Shown here piece by piece: positions 19,875 to 28,689 of a DNA stretch of 61,742 bases. The position numbers were made by a program, and so were the translations under genes. How positions within the stretch are numbered: position 1 is the first letter of the stretch; the number at the start of each line of letters is the position of its first letter. The stretch covers positions 1-61,742 of the forward strand of contig JBJTRI010000083.1 in assembly GCA_046076045.1 (NCBI GenBank). The letters run 5' to 3'. Under the pieces are notes generated by a model that was given only the letters and a program-made list of their open reading frames with translations, ran no database searches and had not been told where the DNA came from. This DNA is from a bacterium. GTDB taxonomy: Bacteria > Eisenbacteria > RBG-16-71-46.

Positions 19875-21058
19875 GACGCGAGCAACCGGCGGGTGGTCTC
19901 GAGCATCACCTCGGCGCCGATGCGCAGGCACTCCTCGTCCACATCGAAGCGCGGATGGTGATGGTCGTGGTGCAGGCCGCGCGCCTCGTTGCGCGAGCCG
20001 ATGGCGATGAACGCCCCCGGCACCTGGTCGAGGATCGCGGAGAAGTCCTCGCCGCCCATGGTGCGCACGTCGGTGCGCAGGCGCTCGGCTCCCACGACCT
20101 GCGTGGCGGCGGCGCGGGCGTGCACGCACACACCGGCGTCGTTCACGGTCGCCATGTTGCCGCGGCGGTAGTCGATCGTGGCGGTGCAGCCCAGCGCGGT
20201 CGCGACGCCGTTCACCACGCGCTCGAACCAGCCCGGCACCGCCGCCCACACCTCGCGGTCGAACATGCGAACGGTGCCGTTCATCCACGCGCTCGCGGGG
20301 ATGATGTTGAACGCGGTCCCGGCGCGCACCTGCGTGACGCTCACCACGAGTTCGCGCAGCGGGTCGGTGTTGCGGCTCACGAGCGACTGCAGCGCGGTGA
20401 TGGCCTGCGCCATCGCGAGCACGGGGTCGGTGCCGGTCTGCGGCATCGCGGCGTGCGCGCCCTTGCCGTGGAACGTGACCTCGAAGCTGTCGGTCGCCGC
20501 CATCCACGGGCCCTCGGTCACCCCCACGGTGCCGAGCGGCAGGTCCTGCCAGACGTGCAGCCCGAGCGCGTAGTCGGCCTTCGCCCACTCGAGCGCGCCG
20601 TCCTGGATCATCGCCACCGCGCCGCCCTCGGGGTGGCCCTGCTCCTCGGACGGCTGGAAGCACAGCACCACGCTGCCCGGCAGGTCCGCGGCCTCCTGCA
20701 CGAGTCGGCGCGCGACGCCGAGCAGGATGCTGGTGTGACAGTCGTGCCCGCACGCGTGCATCTTGCCGGGCGTGGTCGAGCGGTACGGGACGTCGTTGTC
20801 CTCGTGGATGGGGAGCGCGTCCATGTCGGCGCGCAGCAGCACGGTGCGCCCGGGCTTGCCGCCCGTGATGCGCGCCAGCACCCCGGTGCGCCCCACGCCG
20901 GTGCGCGGCTCGAGGCTCAGCGCGCGCAGGCGGTCGGCCACGAGGGCGGCGGTGCGCACCTCCTCGAAGCCCAGCTCGGGGTGCATGTGCAGGTCCCGGC
21001 GGGTCGCGATCAGTTCCTCGACCTGGGCGCCGGTGAAGTGCGGGGTGGCGATGCTCAT
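19871..21058 (-). CDS. M20D-family amidohydrolase
   Basis: RRDLHMHPELGFEE, LRADMDALP, MHACGHD, FQPSEE, GGEDFS, HHPRFDVDE. Confidence 0.95.
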   Translation of the reverse strand: MSIATPHFTGAQVEELIATRRDLHMHPELGFEEVRTAALVADRLRALSLEPRTGVGRTGVLARITGGKPGRTVLLRADMDALPIHEDNDVPYRSTTPGKMHACGHDCHTSILLGVARRLVQEAADLPGSVVLCFQPSEEQGHPEGGAVAMIQDGALEWAKADYALGLHVWQDLPLGTVGVTEGPWMAATDSFEVTFHGKGAHAAMPQTGTDPVLAMAQAITALQSLVSRNTDPLRELVVSVTQVRAGTAFNIIPASAWMNGTVRMFDREVWAAVPGWFERVVNGVATALGCTATIDYRRGNMATVNDAGVCVHARAAATQVVGAERLRTDVRTMGGEDFSAILDQVPGAFIAIGSRNEARGLHHDHHHPRFDVDEECLRIGAEVMLETTRRLLAS

Positions 21059-21155
21059 GCGCGATCTCCGCGGTCGGGGACGGGCGTGGGACACGGGACG
21101 GACGCGCGGCATCTTGCCACCGCACCGGGCGCGGGCCAAGCCGAGAGCGCATGCG

Positions 21156-21190
21156 CGAGGGGCCCGGGAGTCGCGCTCCCGGGCCCCTCG
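21156..21190 (-). terminator. Hairpin downstream of ompA-like gene 1
   Basis: 15-bp perfect stem CGAGGGGCCCGGGAG/CTCCCGGGCCCCTCG, 5-nt loop, 16 bp beyond the stop. Confidence 0.65.
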
Positions 21191-21206
21191 TGTGCGGCGG
21201 TGGGGA

Positions 21207-22655
21207 TCACTTCTGCAGCAGCTTGCGCTGCTCGATCTCCTTCTTGAGGATGTCGCGGTTCATGACCTTGAACTCGACGCGACGGTTCTTGGCCATGTCC
21301 TGCGCGGTGCGGTTGGACGAGACCGGCTTGCTCTCGCCGTAGCCGCGCGTGGTGATCTGGCTCGCGGCGATACCCGGGAAGCGCTCCACGAGGTACGCCT
21401 TCACCGACGCGGCGCGCGCCTCGGACAGCGCCTGGTTCTTGCGGTCCGAACCGCGCGAGTCGGTGTGACCGCCGATCTCGATGCGCAGCTGCGGCCAGCG
21501 GCTCAGGATGACGCCGACCTCGTCGAGCAGCGGGTACGCGTCGGGCAGGATGCGCGCCTTGGCGGACTCGAACCGCACGTCGCGCAGCCGGATCATGCCG
21601 GTGTCGAGCAGCTCGGTCTCGCGCTCGACCGACACGATGGGGCAGCCCCTGTCGTCCACCTTGAGGTTGGCGGGCGTGCCGGGGCACTGGTCGAGGCCGT
21701 CGTAGACGCCGTCGGCATCGGAGTCGCTCGGGCAACCCTTCGCGTCCACCGTGGCGCCCTTGGGCGTGTCGGGGCACGCGTCGAGTCCGTCGAGCACGCC
21801 GTCCGCGTCGGTGTCGGAGGGGCAGCCGCTCGCGCCCACCGTGGCGCCCTTGGGGGTGTCGGCGCACTGGTCGAGTCCGTCGAGCACGCCGTCGCCGTCG
21901 GAGTCGCTCGGGCAGCCCTTGGCGTCCACGGTCGCACCCTTGGGCGTGTCGGGGCACTGGTCGAGGCCGTCGTAGACGCCGTCGGCGTCGGAGTCGCTCG
22001 GGCAGCCGTCGGCGTTCACCGTGGCCCCGGCCGGCGTGGCGGCACAGCGGTCCTTCTTGTCGGGCACGCCGTCGCCGTCGGAGTCCTTGGGCCTGCGGTT
22101 GAAGTCGTAGGTGAGCCCGGCCCAGTACTGCTGGTTGGCCTCGTTGGAGGCGGCGAGGTTGCCGTGCTTGAGGTCGAGCAGGTTGCGGGCCTCGATGCGC
22201 ACCGACATGCGGTCGTTCACCGCCTTGCGCCAACCCACACCGGCCTCGAACGTGCCGACCTGGCGGTCGGTGAAGCGGCCGCTGTGGTAGCGCGTGTAGC
22301 CCACGCCGCCGAGCACGTACACCATGCCGAGCTGGTTGGGCGCCGAGAGCTGGCTCGAGAGCGCGATCGAGATGTTGCCGATCGTGAGGTCGTCGGCGTC
22401 GCTCGCGCGGTCCTCGCGCGTGGACGCGAGGTCGCTGGCACCCTCGAGGCGCCAGTAGTCGCCGATCGCACGGCTCAGGCGGAAGCCGATCGCGGGACCG
22501 TTCTCCATGGTCGCGCGCGGGAACACGATGCGGTCGGAGTAGTGCACCACGCCGCCGAGCACGCCGAACGACCATTCGGGGTTCTCGCTCGCGCGCGCGG
22601 GGAACACGGCCGCGAGGGTGACGAGCAGGGCGACGAAAGAGGGACGGAGTCGCAC
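21207..22655 (-). CDS. OmpA-family outer-membrane protein: beta-barrel + 5 thrombospondin type-3-like Ca-binding repeats + OmpA C-domain
   Basis: AGGAGG RBS before GTG 22655; signal peptide; DxDxDGVxDxxDxC repeats; IGGHTDSRGS, LSEARAASV, GYGESKP, NRRVEF. Confidence 0.92.
   Translation of the reverse strand: MRLRPSFVALLVTLAAVFPARASENPEWSFGVLGGVVHYSDRIVFPRATMENGPAIGFRLSRAIGDYWRLEGASDLASTREDRASDADDLTIGNISIALSSQLSAPNQLGMVYVLGGVGYTRYHSGRFTDRQVGTFEAGVGWRKAVNDRMSVRIEARNLLDLKHGNLAASNEANQQYWAGLTYDFNRRPKDSDGDGVPDKKDRCAATPAGATVNADGCPSDSDADGVYDGLDQCPDTPKGATVDAKGCPSDSDGDGVLDGLDQCADTPKGATVGASGCPSDTDADGVLDGLDACPDTPKGATVDAKGCPSDSDADGVYDGLDQCPGTPANLKVDDRGCPIVSVERETELLDTGMIRLRDVRFESAKARILPDAYPLLDEVGVILSRWPQLRIEIGGHTDSRGSDRKNQALSEARAASVKAYLVERFPGIAASQITTRGYGESKPVSSNRTAQDMAKNRRVEFKVMNRDILKKEIEQRKLLQK
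21636..22085 (-). repeat. Five 90-bp (30-aa) TSP3-like coding repeats in ompA-like gene 1
   Basis: DSDxDGVxDGLDxCxxTPKGATVDAKGCPS consensus x5. Confidence 0.9.
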
Positions 22656-22721
22656 GAATCCACCTCCTGTGGAGCCTCGAACCGGGACCCGCACCATCGT
22701 GGGCGGGCGGAACTCGGCCAC

Positions 22722-22750
22722 AAGGTAAGGGTATCGGCCGCGAGCGACAA
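22722..22750 (-). promoter_or_regulatory. Candidate sigma70 promoter for ompA-like gene 1
   Basis: Minus strand TTGTCG-N17-TACCTT. Confidence 0.5.
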
Positions 22751-22850
22751 GATTCCCGCCCGGAATACACCACTCCAGCGAGGGTGGATTCCCATTCGGG
22801 TGGTCGCGCTGCGCGCCCGTTCCGGCCGCTCGGGCCGGGACCACTTCGGA

Positions 22851-23594
22851 CTAGGCGGTCACCAGCAGGGGGGCGCCGCGCGTGAGGATCATGGTGTGTT
22901 CGTGGTGCGCAGCGAGCGAACCGTCCTGGGTGCGCAGGGTCCAACCGTCATCGTCCTCGAACATCGCCCCGTCGCCTGCCGCGATGATGGGCTCGAGCGT
23001 GAGCACCATGCCCTCGCACAACCACTCGGCCGCCTCGGGGTCGGCCCAGTTGGGGATCATGGGCTCCTCGTGGATGGTGTGCCCGATGCCGTGCCCCTGC
23101 AGTTCGCGCACCACCGAGAACCCGCGCCGCGTCACCTCGTCCTCGACCACCCGCCCCACGTCGAGGGCGCGGCGCCCGTCGCGCATCTCGCGCAGTCCCT
23201 TCTTGAACGCGTTCTCGGCCGCGGCCATGAGCCGCTTGGCCGCCTCCGAGACGCTGCCCACGCCCACCGTGATGCAGGCGTCGGCCATGTAGCCCGCGAG
23301 CTCGGCGGTGACGTCGAGCTTCACGAGGTCGCCCTCGGCCAGCCGACGCTTGTCCGACGGCACGCCGTGCACGATCTCGTCGTTGACCGAGATGCAGGTG
23401 TGCCCGGGGAACTCGTACACGAGTCGCGGCGCCGAGCGCGCACCGGCAGCCTCGAACACGCGTCCCGCGACCGCGTCGAGTTGCGCGGTGGTGACGCCCG
23501 GCGCGACCGCGGCACGCATGGCGGCCAACGCATCGCGCACCACGACGCCTGCGGCGCGGATGCCGTCCCGGTCCTGTGCGGTCTCGACGATCAT
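22851..23594 (-). CDS. map: Type I methionine aminopeptidase
   Basis: CISVNDEIVHGVP, GDLVKLDV...DACIT, GHGIGHTIHEEP, LTLEP, AHHEHT. Confidence 0.95.
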   Translation of the reverse strand: MIVETAQDRDGIRAAGVVVRDALAAMRAAVAPGVTTAQLDAVAGRVFEAAGARSAPRLVYEFPGHTCISVNDEIVHGVPSDKRRLAEGDLVKLDVTAELAGYMADACITVGVGSVSEAAKRLMAAAENAFKKGLREMRDGRRALDVGRVVEDEVTRRGFSVVRELQGHGIGHTIHEEPMIPNWADPEAAEWLCEGMVLTLEPIIAAGDGAMFEDDDGWTLRTQDGSLAAHHEHTMILTRGAPLLVTA

Positions 23595-23700
23595 GCGCGC
23601 AGCCTGCCCGCACCCCGCACCCCGCGCAAGCGTGCAGCCCCGCGCGCCGCGACCATGCCGCGCGTGGAGCACCGCGTGGCGACGGCATCGGACAAGCGAA

Positions 23701-23733
23701 CGCCCCCGGCGGGCATGTGCCTCACCGGGGGCG
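23701..23733 (-). terminator. Hairpin downstream of ompA-like gene 2
   Basis: CGCCCCCGG...CCGGGGGCG inverted repeat about 22 bp beyond the stop. Confidence 0.5.
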
Positions 23734-23755
23734 TCGACGATGCGCGTCGTGCGGC

Positions 23756-25228
23756 TTACGGCTTGGGCGTCTCGCTGCCGGCGCGACGGCGCTCGGCCTC
23801 CTGCTTGAGCACGTCCACGTTCTTCACCACGAACTCGACTCGGCGGTTGCGGGCCCACGACTCCTCGTTGGTGTTGGGCACGACCGGCTTGCTCTTGCCG
23901 TAGCCCTTCGCGGTGAGGTTCGCGGCCGGGATCGCCGTGTACGTGGTGGTGAGGTAGGTGAGCACCGCCTCGGCGCGCGCCTGCGACAGCTTGCGGTTGC
24001 CCTCGGCCGAGCCGCGCGAGTCGGTGTGACCGCCGACCTCCACCTTGAGCTGCGGCCACTTCGTGAGCAGCAGGCCGACCGCGTCGAGCGCCGGACGGCT
24101 CTCGGGCAGGATCTCCGCCTTGCCGGTCTCGAACTTCACGCCCTCGAGTCGGATGAGCCCGGTCTCGAGCAGCTCGGCCTCGCGCTGGGCGACCTCGGTG
24201 GGGCAGCCCTTCTCGTCCACCTTCATGCCCGCGGGCGTGCCCTCGCACTGGTCGAGGCCGTCCCACACGCCGTCACCGTCGCTGTCCTTCGGGCAGCCCT
24301 TCTCGTCCACCGTCGCGCCCTTGGGCGTGTCGGCGCACTGGTCGAGGCCGTCGAGCACGCCGTCGCCGTCGCTGTCGCTCGGGCAACCCTTGGCGTCCAC
24401 CGTCGCGCCCTTGGGCGTGTCGGCGCAGGTGTCGATGCCGTCGAACACGCCATCGCCGTCGGCGTCGCTCGGGCAGCCCTTGGCGTCCACGGTCGCACCC
24501 TTCGGGGTGCCCTCGCAGGCGTCGAGCCCGTCGTAGACGCCGTCGCCGTCGGTGTCGAGCGGGCAGCCGCTCGCGTCCACCTTGGCGCCCTTCGGCGTCG
24601 CCGGGCAGCGGTCCTTCTTGTCGGGCACGCCGTCGGCGTCGGTGTCGCGCGGCGTCGCGCCGAGCGCGAACGCCAGGCCCGCACCCAGCACCACGGTGTG
24701 CATCTTGTCCGAGGGCGCCGCGGTGTTGAAGTTCGTGAACGACACGTCGCGCGCCTCGAGGCGCACGCCGACCGCGTCGTTCAGCCAGAACTTGAGACCG
24801 CCGCCGAACTCGACCGCACCGGTCGAGAGCCCGGGGCCCGACGCGGGCTTGCCCTTGGTCCAGCCGCCACCCACGAACACGTAGGGGTTCGCGCGCCGAC
24901 CGCGCGCCGGCGACAGCACGAGGTTGCCGCTCAGGTGCTGCCAGTCGTAGTCGCGACCGGCGCCACCGTTCTCGGACGTGCCCGAGAGGCCCGCCGCGCC
25001 TTCGAGGCCGATCCACGACCGCGAGTACCAACCGGCGCGCGCACCCACGTTGAGCCCGTCCTTCACCGCCAGGTCGCTGCCGGGGAACCGGAGCTTGGCG
25101 TCGAACAGCGTGGTGCCGCCGAAGGGCGTGAACTCCCAGTGCGATCCGATGGGCTCGGCCACCGCCGCACCCGCCACGACGAGCGCGGCGACGAGCGGGA
25201 GGGCGACCCGGAAGCGGTGACGCAGCAT
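23756..25228 (-). CDS. OmpA-family outer-membrane protein paralog (beta-barrel + 5 TSP3-like repeats + OmpA C-domain)
   Basis: AAGGAG RBS; signal peptide; same architecture as 21207-22655; VGGHTDSRGS, LSQARAEAV, NRRVEF. Confidence 0.92.
   Translation of the reverse strand: MLRHRFRVALPLVAALVVAGAAVAEPIGSHWEFTPFGGTTLFDAKLRFPGSDLAVKDGLNVGARAGWYSRSWIGLEGAAGLSGTSENGGAGRDYDWQHLSGNLVLSPARGRRANPYVFVGGGWTKGKPASGPGLSTGAVEFGGGLKFWLNDAVGVRLEARDVSFTNFNTAAPSDKMHTVVLGAGLAFALGATPRDTDADGVPDKKDRCPATPKGAKVDASGCPLDTDGDGVYDGLDACEGTPKGATVDAKGCPSDADGDGVFDGIDTCADTPKGATVDAKGCPSDSDGDGVLDGLDQCADTPKGATVDEKGCPKDSDGDGVWDGLDQCEGTPAGMKVDEKGCPTEVAQREAELLETGLIRLEGVKFETGKAEILPESRPALDAVGLLLTKWPQLKVEVGGHTDSRGSAEGNRKLSQARAEAVLTYLTTTYTAIPAANLTAKGYGKSKPVVPNTNEESWARNRRVEFVVKNVDVLKQEAERRRAGSETPKP
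24197..24646 (-). repeat. Five 90-bp (30-aa) TSP3-like coding repeats in ompA-like gene 2
   Basis: DxDGDGVxDGLDxCxxTPKGATVDxKGCP consensus x5. Confidence 0.9.
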
Positions 25229-25307
25229 CGTGTTCTCCTTGCACGAACGGGGTCGGGTCCCCGGAGCGGGGCCCGGGGCGCGCCCACCACGGGGCGCGAA
25301 CGGCGCG

Positions 25308-25336
25308 AGCCTACGGGGACGCGGCAGGGGGTGCAA
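25308..25336 (-). promoter_or_regulatory. Candidate sigma70 promoter for ompA-like gene 2
   Basis: Minus strand TTGCAC-N17-TAGGCT. Confidence 0.55.
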
Positions 25337-25366
25337 GGATGGCGGCCGCGCAGCCGCGACCGCGGT

Positions 25367-26035
25367 TCAGGCCCCGGCGGCGAACGCCGCGGCGCGCTCC
25401 ACGAACGCGCGCGCCCGGCTCTCGATCTCGTCGAACCGGCCCGCCCGGGCCAGTGCCGGGTCGGCCATCGTGCCGCCGATCCCGCACGCCAGACAGCCCG
25501 CGGCCCAGAACGGGGTCACGTTGTCGAGGTTCGTGCCGCCCGCCGCCAGCATGGGCACGCGCGGCAGCGGGTCGCGGATGATGCGGATGTAGTCGGGTCC
25601 GCCGGCGACCCCCACCGGGTACACCTTCACGAGGTGCGCGCCCAGCTCCATCGCGCGCAGGATCTCGCTCGTCGTGTACGCGCCCGGGCACCAGAACACG
25701 CCGCGCTCGTGCGCCACCGCCGCCACCGCCTCGCTCGCATTGGGGGCGATGAGGAAGCGCGCCCCGGCGTCCACCGCGGCCTCGGCCTCGGCGCGCGTGA
25801 GCACGGTGCCCGCGCCCACCACCACGCCCGGGTGCGCCTCGTCGGCGAGCCGGCGCATCACCGCCGGCGCGTCGGGGACCGAGTAGGTGACCTCGACCAA
25901 CCGCACCCCGCCGCGGATCACCGCGCGCGCCGCACCGTGGGCGGCCTCGGGGTCGGCGGCGCGGATCACCGACACCAACCGCGAGGCGCGGACCACCTCG
26001 AGGACCTGTGCGGGCGTGAGTGCGGGCGCGGACAT
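25367..26035 (-). CDS. eda: KDPG/KHG aldolase
   Basis: VSVIR, GGVRLVEVT, VGAGTVL, GARFLIAP, PGAYTTSE, VKVYP, LAAGG. Confidence 0.9.
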   Translation of the reverse strand: MSAPALTPAQVLEVVRASRLVSVIRAADPEAAHGAARAVIRGGVRLVEVTYSVPDAPAVMRRLADEAHPGVVVGAGTVLTRAEAEAAVDAGARFLIAPNASEAVAAVAHERGVFWCPGAYTTSEILRAMELGAHLVKVYPVGVAGGPDYIRIIRDPLPRVPMLAAGGTNLDNVTPFWAAGCLACGIGGTMADPALARAGRFDEIESRARAFVERAAAFAAGA

Positions 26036-26120
26036 GGTCCGACGATACGCGGCGACCTCCGGACCCGTCCACCGCCCCACGCGCTGTGGCATGCTCGCGC
26101 TCCCGTCCCTGGAGGTCCTC

Positions 26121-28679
26121 GTGGTCGCGCCTCGCCCGTCCGTCCGCTGGTGGTGGTGGCTGCTCGTGCCCGTGGTGCTGGCGGGCGTGGCGTGGGCCGC
26201 GCTCGCCGTGCTGCTGCCGCCCGCGCGCGTGCGGGCGATCGCCGAGCGCGAGTTGTCGCGGCGCGTGGCGCGCGAGGTGCGGTTCGCGTCGGTTCGCGTG
26301 GGGTTGTTCCCGCCGGTGCGCGTCACGGTGCGTGCGCTCGAGGTGGCCGAGCCCGGCGGGTTCGACGCGGGCTCGCTGTTCGCGTGCGAGGCGGTGCGAC
26401 TCGACCTCGACCCGTGGGCGTTGTGGGCGCGGCGCGTGCGCGTGCAGCGCCTGCACGTGGACTCGCCCACACTGCACGTCGCGGTGCGCGCCGACGGCTC
26501 GAGCAACCTCGACGGGCTCGTGCCCGCCGACACCGCGGTCGCGGCCGGGCCCGCACTCGACCTCGAGGTGCGCGAGTTCCGCGTGCGCGACGGGCGTGTG
26601 CTCGTGGACCACGCCCCGTCGGGCCGCCGCGTGCTGGCCACCGTGGTGACGCGCGCGAGTCTCGAGACGCGTGGCGAGCGTGTGGACACCGAGGGCAGCA
26701 CCGAGGTGACCGGGCTCGCGGTGGGACCGCTCACCGCGCTGCGGCGCGCCGAACTCGACACCTCGCTCGCCGCGCTGCGCTGGGTGCTGGACCATCGCGG
26801 CGCGTGGGACGGCTCGCGTCGGCGGCTGGCACTGGCCACGCTCGCGCTGCGCACCGGCGGCACCGCGATCGGGTGCTCGGGCGTGGTGGACGAGCCGGGG
26901 CCGCGCGCCCGCTTCGACCTGCGCGCGCGCGCCGATGGCGTGGACCTGGCGCAGGTGCTGTCGTGGGTCGCGGTGGCCGACGCCCCGGCGCTGCGGGGTG
27001 TGAGCGGGCGCGGCGCGCTGGCGTGCGACCTCGCGCTGCGCGGGGGGCTCGCGCCGGGTGCGGGCACGCGACTCACCGGCACGCTCGCGGTGCGCGACGG
27101 CGCGCTGCGTTGGCCCGGTGCGCCCACCGAGGTGAGCGGCGTGTCGTTCACCGCCGCGTTCCGGCCCGATTCGCTCGAGGTCGCCGACCTGCGCGCCACG
27201 GTCGCGGGCCAGCCGCTGCGCGCCGAGTTGCTCGCGTGGTCGTTCGCCGCTCCGCGACTCGCGTTCGCGGTGCGCGGCGAGCTCGACCTCGCGGCGGTCG
27301 GGCCGTTGGTCGCGCCCCCCGGTGCGCGCGTGGCCGGGCGGGTCGCGCTCGACGTGCGTGGCCGCGGACCGCTCGCCGACCCCGGCGCGTTCGCACTCGC
27401 GGGCGAGGCCACGTTGCGCGGGGTGAGCGTCGAGGGCGCGGGCACGCCGCGTCCGGTCACCGATGTGAACGGGCGGCTCGCGCTCTCGGCCACGCGCGTC
27501 GAGGTGCGCGACCTGCAGGCGAGCGCGGGGGCGTCGTCGGTGCGACTCGACGCGCGCGTGGACCGCCCGCTCGCACTGCTCGCGGCCCCGGGCGCGATGG
27601 CCCCCGCCGCGGTGTCGTTCGACCTGCGCTCGCCGTCGTTCGAGCCCGCGGCGTGGTTGCCCGCCACCTCGGGTGCGCCCGCACTGCCCAACGCGCGCGG
27701 TACCGGGCGTGTGGCGATCGCGCGGTTGCGTCAGGACCGGCTCGACGTGAGCGACGTGCGCGCCGAGGTGCGACTCGAGCCCGGCGTGTGCGAGGTGACC
27801 TCGTTCGCGTGCGCGGGCTACGGTGGCCGCGTGCGTGGCGAGGCGCGCTTCGACCTGCGCGATGCGGCCCGGCCCGGCTATCGCGTGCGTGCGCGCGTGG
27901 ACGAGGTGCTTGCCGATTCGCTGCTGGGCGCGTGGACGCCGCTCGACGGTCTGGTGCGCGGCACGCTCGGCACGACGCTCGACCTCTCGGGCGAAGGGCT
28001 GTCACGCGCCGACCTCGAGCGCACGCTCACGCTGGTCGGGTTGGCCGCGCTGCGCGAGGGGCGCATCGGGCCGGGGCCCACACTCGACGCGATCGCGTCG
28101 TTCGTGCGCCTGCCGAGCCTGCGGCAACTCGACGTGGCGCGACTCGAGTTGCCGATCCGCATCGAGCACGGACGCGTGACGAGCGACGGGGTGACGTGGT
28201 CGGGCAGCACCGGCGAGTGGCGGTTCGCGGGCGCGGTCGGGTTCGATGGCGTGCTCGACGGTGCGGTCTCGGTGACGCTACCGCCGTCGGCGGTCGCCGC
28301 GGTCGAGGCGCGCTCGGCGCTGGCCGCGGGCGCGCTCACCGACGCGCAGGGCCGCATGTTGATCGACCTGCGCGTGAGCGGGCCCGCGCGTGCACCGCGC
28401 GTGACCTGGGACACCGAGGCGATGCGGGCGCGCCTCGCGGGGCGCGCCGCGCAGGGCATCGCCGAACAGCGTGCGCGGCTCGAGGCCGAGGCGCGTGCGG
28501 CCGCGGCCGCCGCTGCGCAGCGTGCGCTCGGGGGCGCGGGCGACTCGACGGCGGTCCCGGCGGCCCCGTCGGCGGATGCACTGCGCGACACGGTGCGGGC
28601 TGCGGCCCGTGACCTGTGGCGCGGGTTGTTGGGGCGTCCCGCGCGAACCCCGGTCCCGGGCGACAGCACGCGGCGGTGA
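26121..28679 (+). CDS. AsmA-family (repeating beta-groove) envelope protein
   Basis: N-terminal TM, R.V.F..VRVGLFP, VRADGSSNLDGL, long beta-rich body, AsmA_2-like C-terminus (G.VGFDG.LD; IDLRVSG....PRV). Confidence 0.82.
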   Translation: MVAPRPSVRWWWWLLVPVVLAGVAWAALAVLLPPARVRAIAERELSRRVAREVRFASVRVGLFPPVRVTVRALEVAEPGGFDAGSLFACEAVRLDLDPWALWARRVRVQRLHVDSPTLHVAVRADGSSNLDGLVPADTAVAAGPALDLEVREFRVRDGRVLVDHAPSGRRVLATVVTRASLETRGERVDTEGSTEVTGLAVGPLTALRRAELDTSLAALRWVLDHRGAWDGSRRRLALATLALRTGGTAIGCSGVVDEPGPRARFDLRARADGVDLAQVLSWVAVADAPALRGVSGRGALACDLALRGGLAPGAGTRLTGTLAVRDGALRWPGAPTEVSGVSFTAAFRPDSLEVADLRATVAGQPLRAELLAWSFAAPRLAFAVRGELDLAAVGPLVAPPGARVAGRVALDVRGRGPLADPGAFALAGEATLRGVSVEGAGTPRPVTDVNGRLALSATRVEVRDLQASAGASSVRLDARVDRPLALLAAPGAMAPAAVSFDLRSPSFEPAAWLPATSGAPALPNARGTGRVAIARLRQDRLDVSDVRAEVRLEPGVCEVTSFACAGYGGRVRGEARFDLRDAARPGYRVRARVDEVLADSLLGAWTPLDGLVRGTLGTTLDLSGEGLSRADLERTLTLVGLAALREGRIGPGPTLDAIASFVRLPSLRQLDVARLELPIRIEHGRVTSDGVTWSGSTGEWRFAGAVGFDGVLDGAVSVTLPPSAVAAVEARSALAAGALTDAQGRMLIDLRVSGPARAPRVTWDTEAMRARLAGRAAQGIAEQRARLEAEARAAAAAAAQRALGGAGDSTAVPAAPSADALRDTVRAAARDLWRGLLGRPARTPVPGDSTRR

Positions 28680-28689
28680 CGCCGCGCGA

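Noticed and set aside
21636-24646. 90-bp DNA repeats as CRISPR or mobile-element repeats
   Set aside because: They are in-frame TSP3-like coding repeats inside the two OmpA-family genes
23576-28612. 1678-aa plus-strand ORF, and similar giant ORFs (20763-23903, 55244-59389, 27878-30775, 56034-58856)
   Set aside because: Arg/Ala/Gly-rich shadow frames of real genes, typical of high-GC DNA; no domain motifs apart from the genuine LytTR part at the end of 55244-59389
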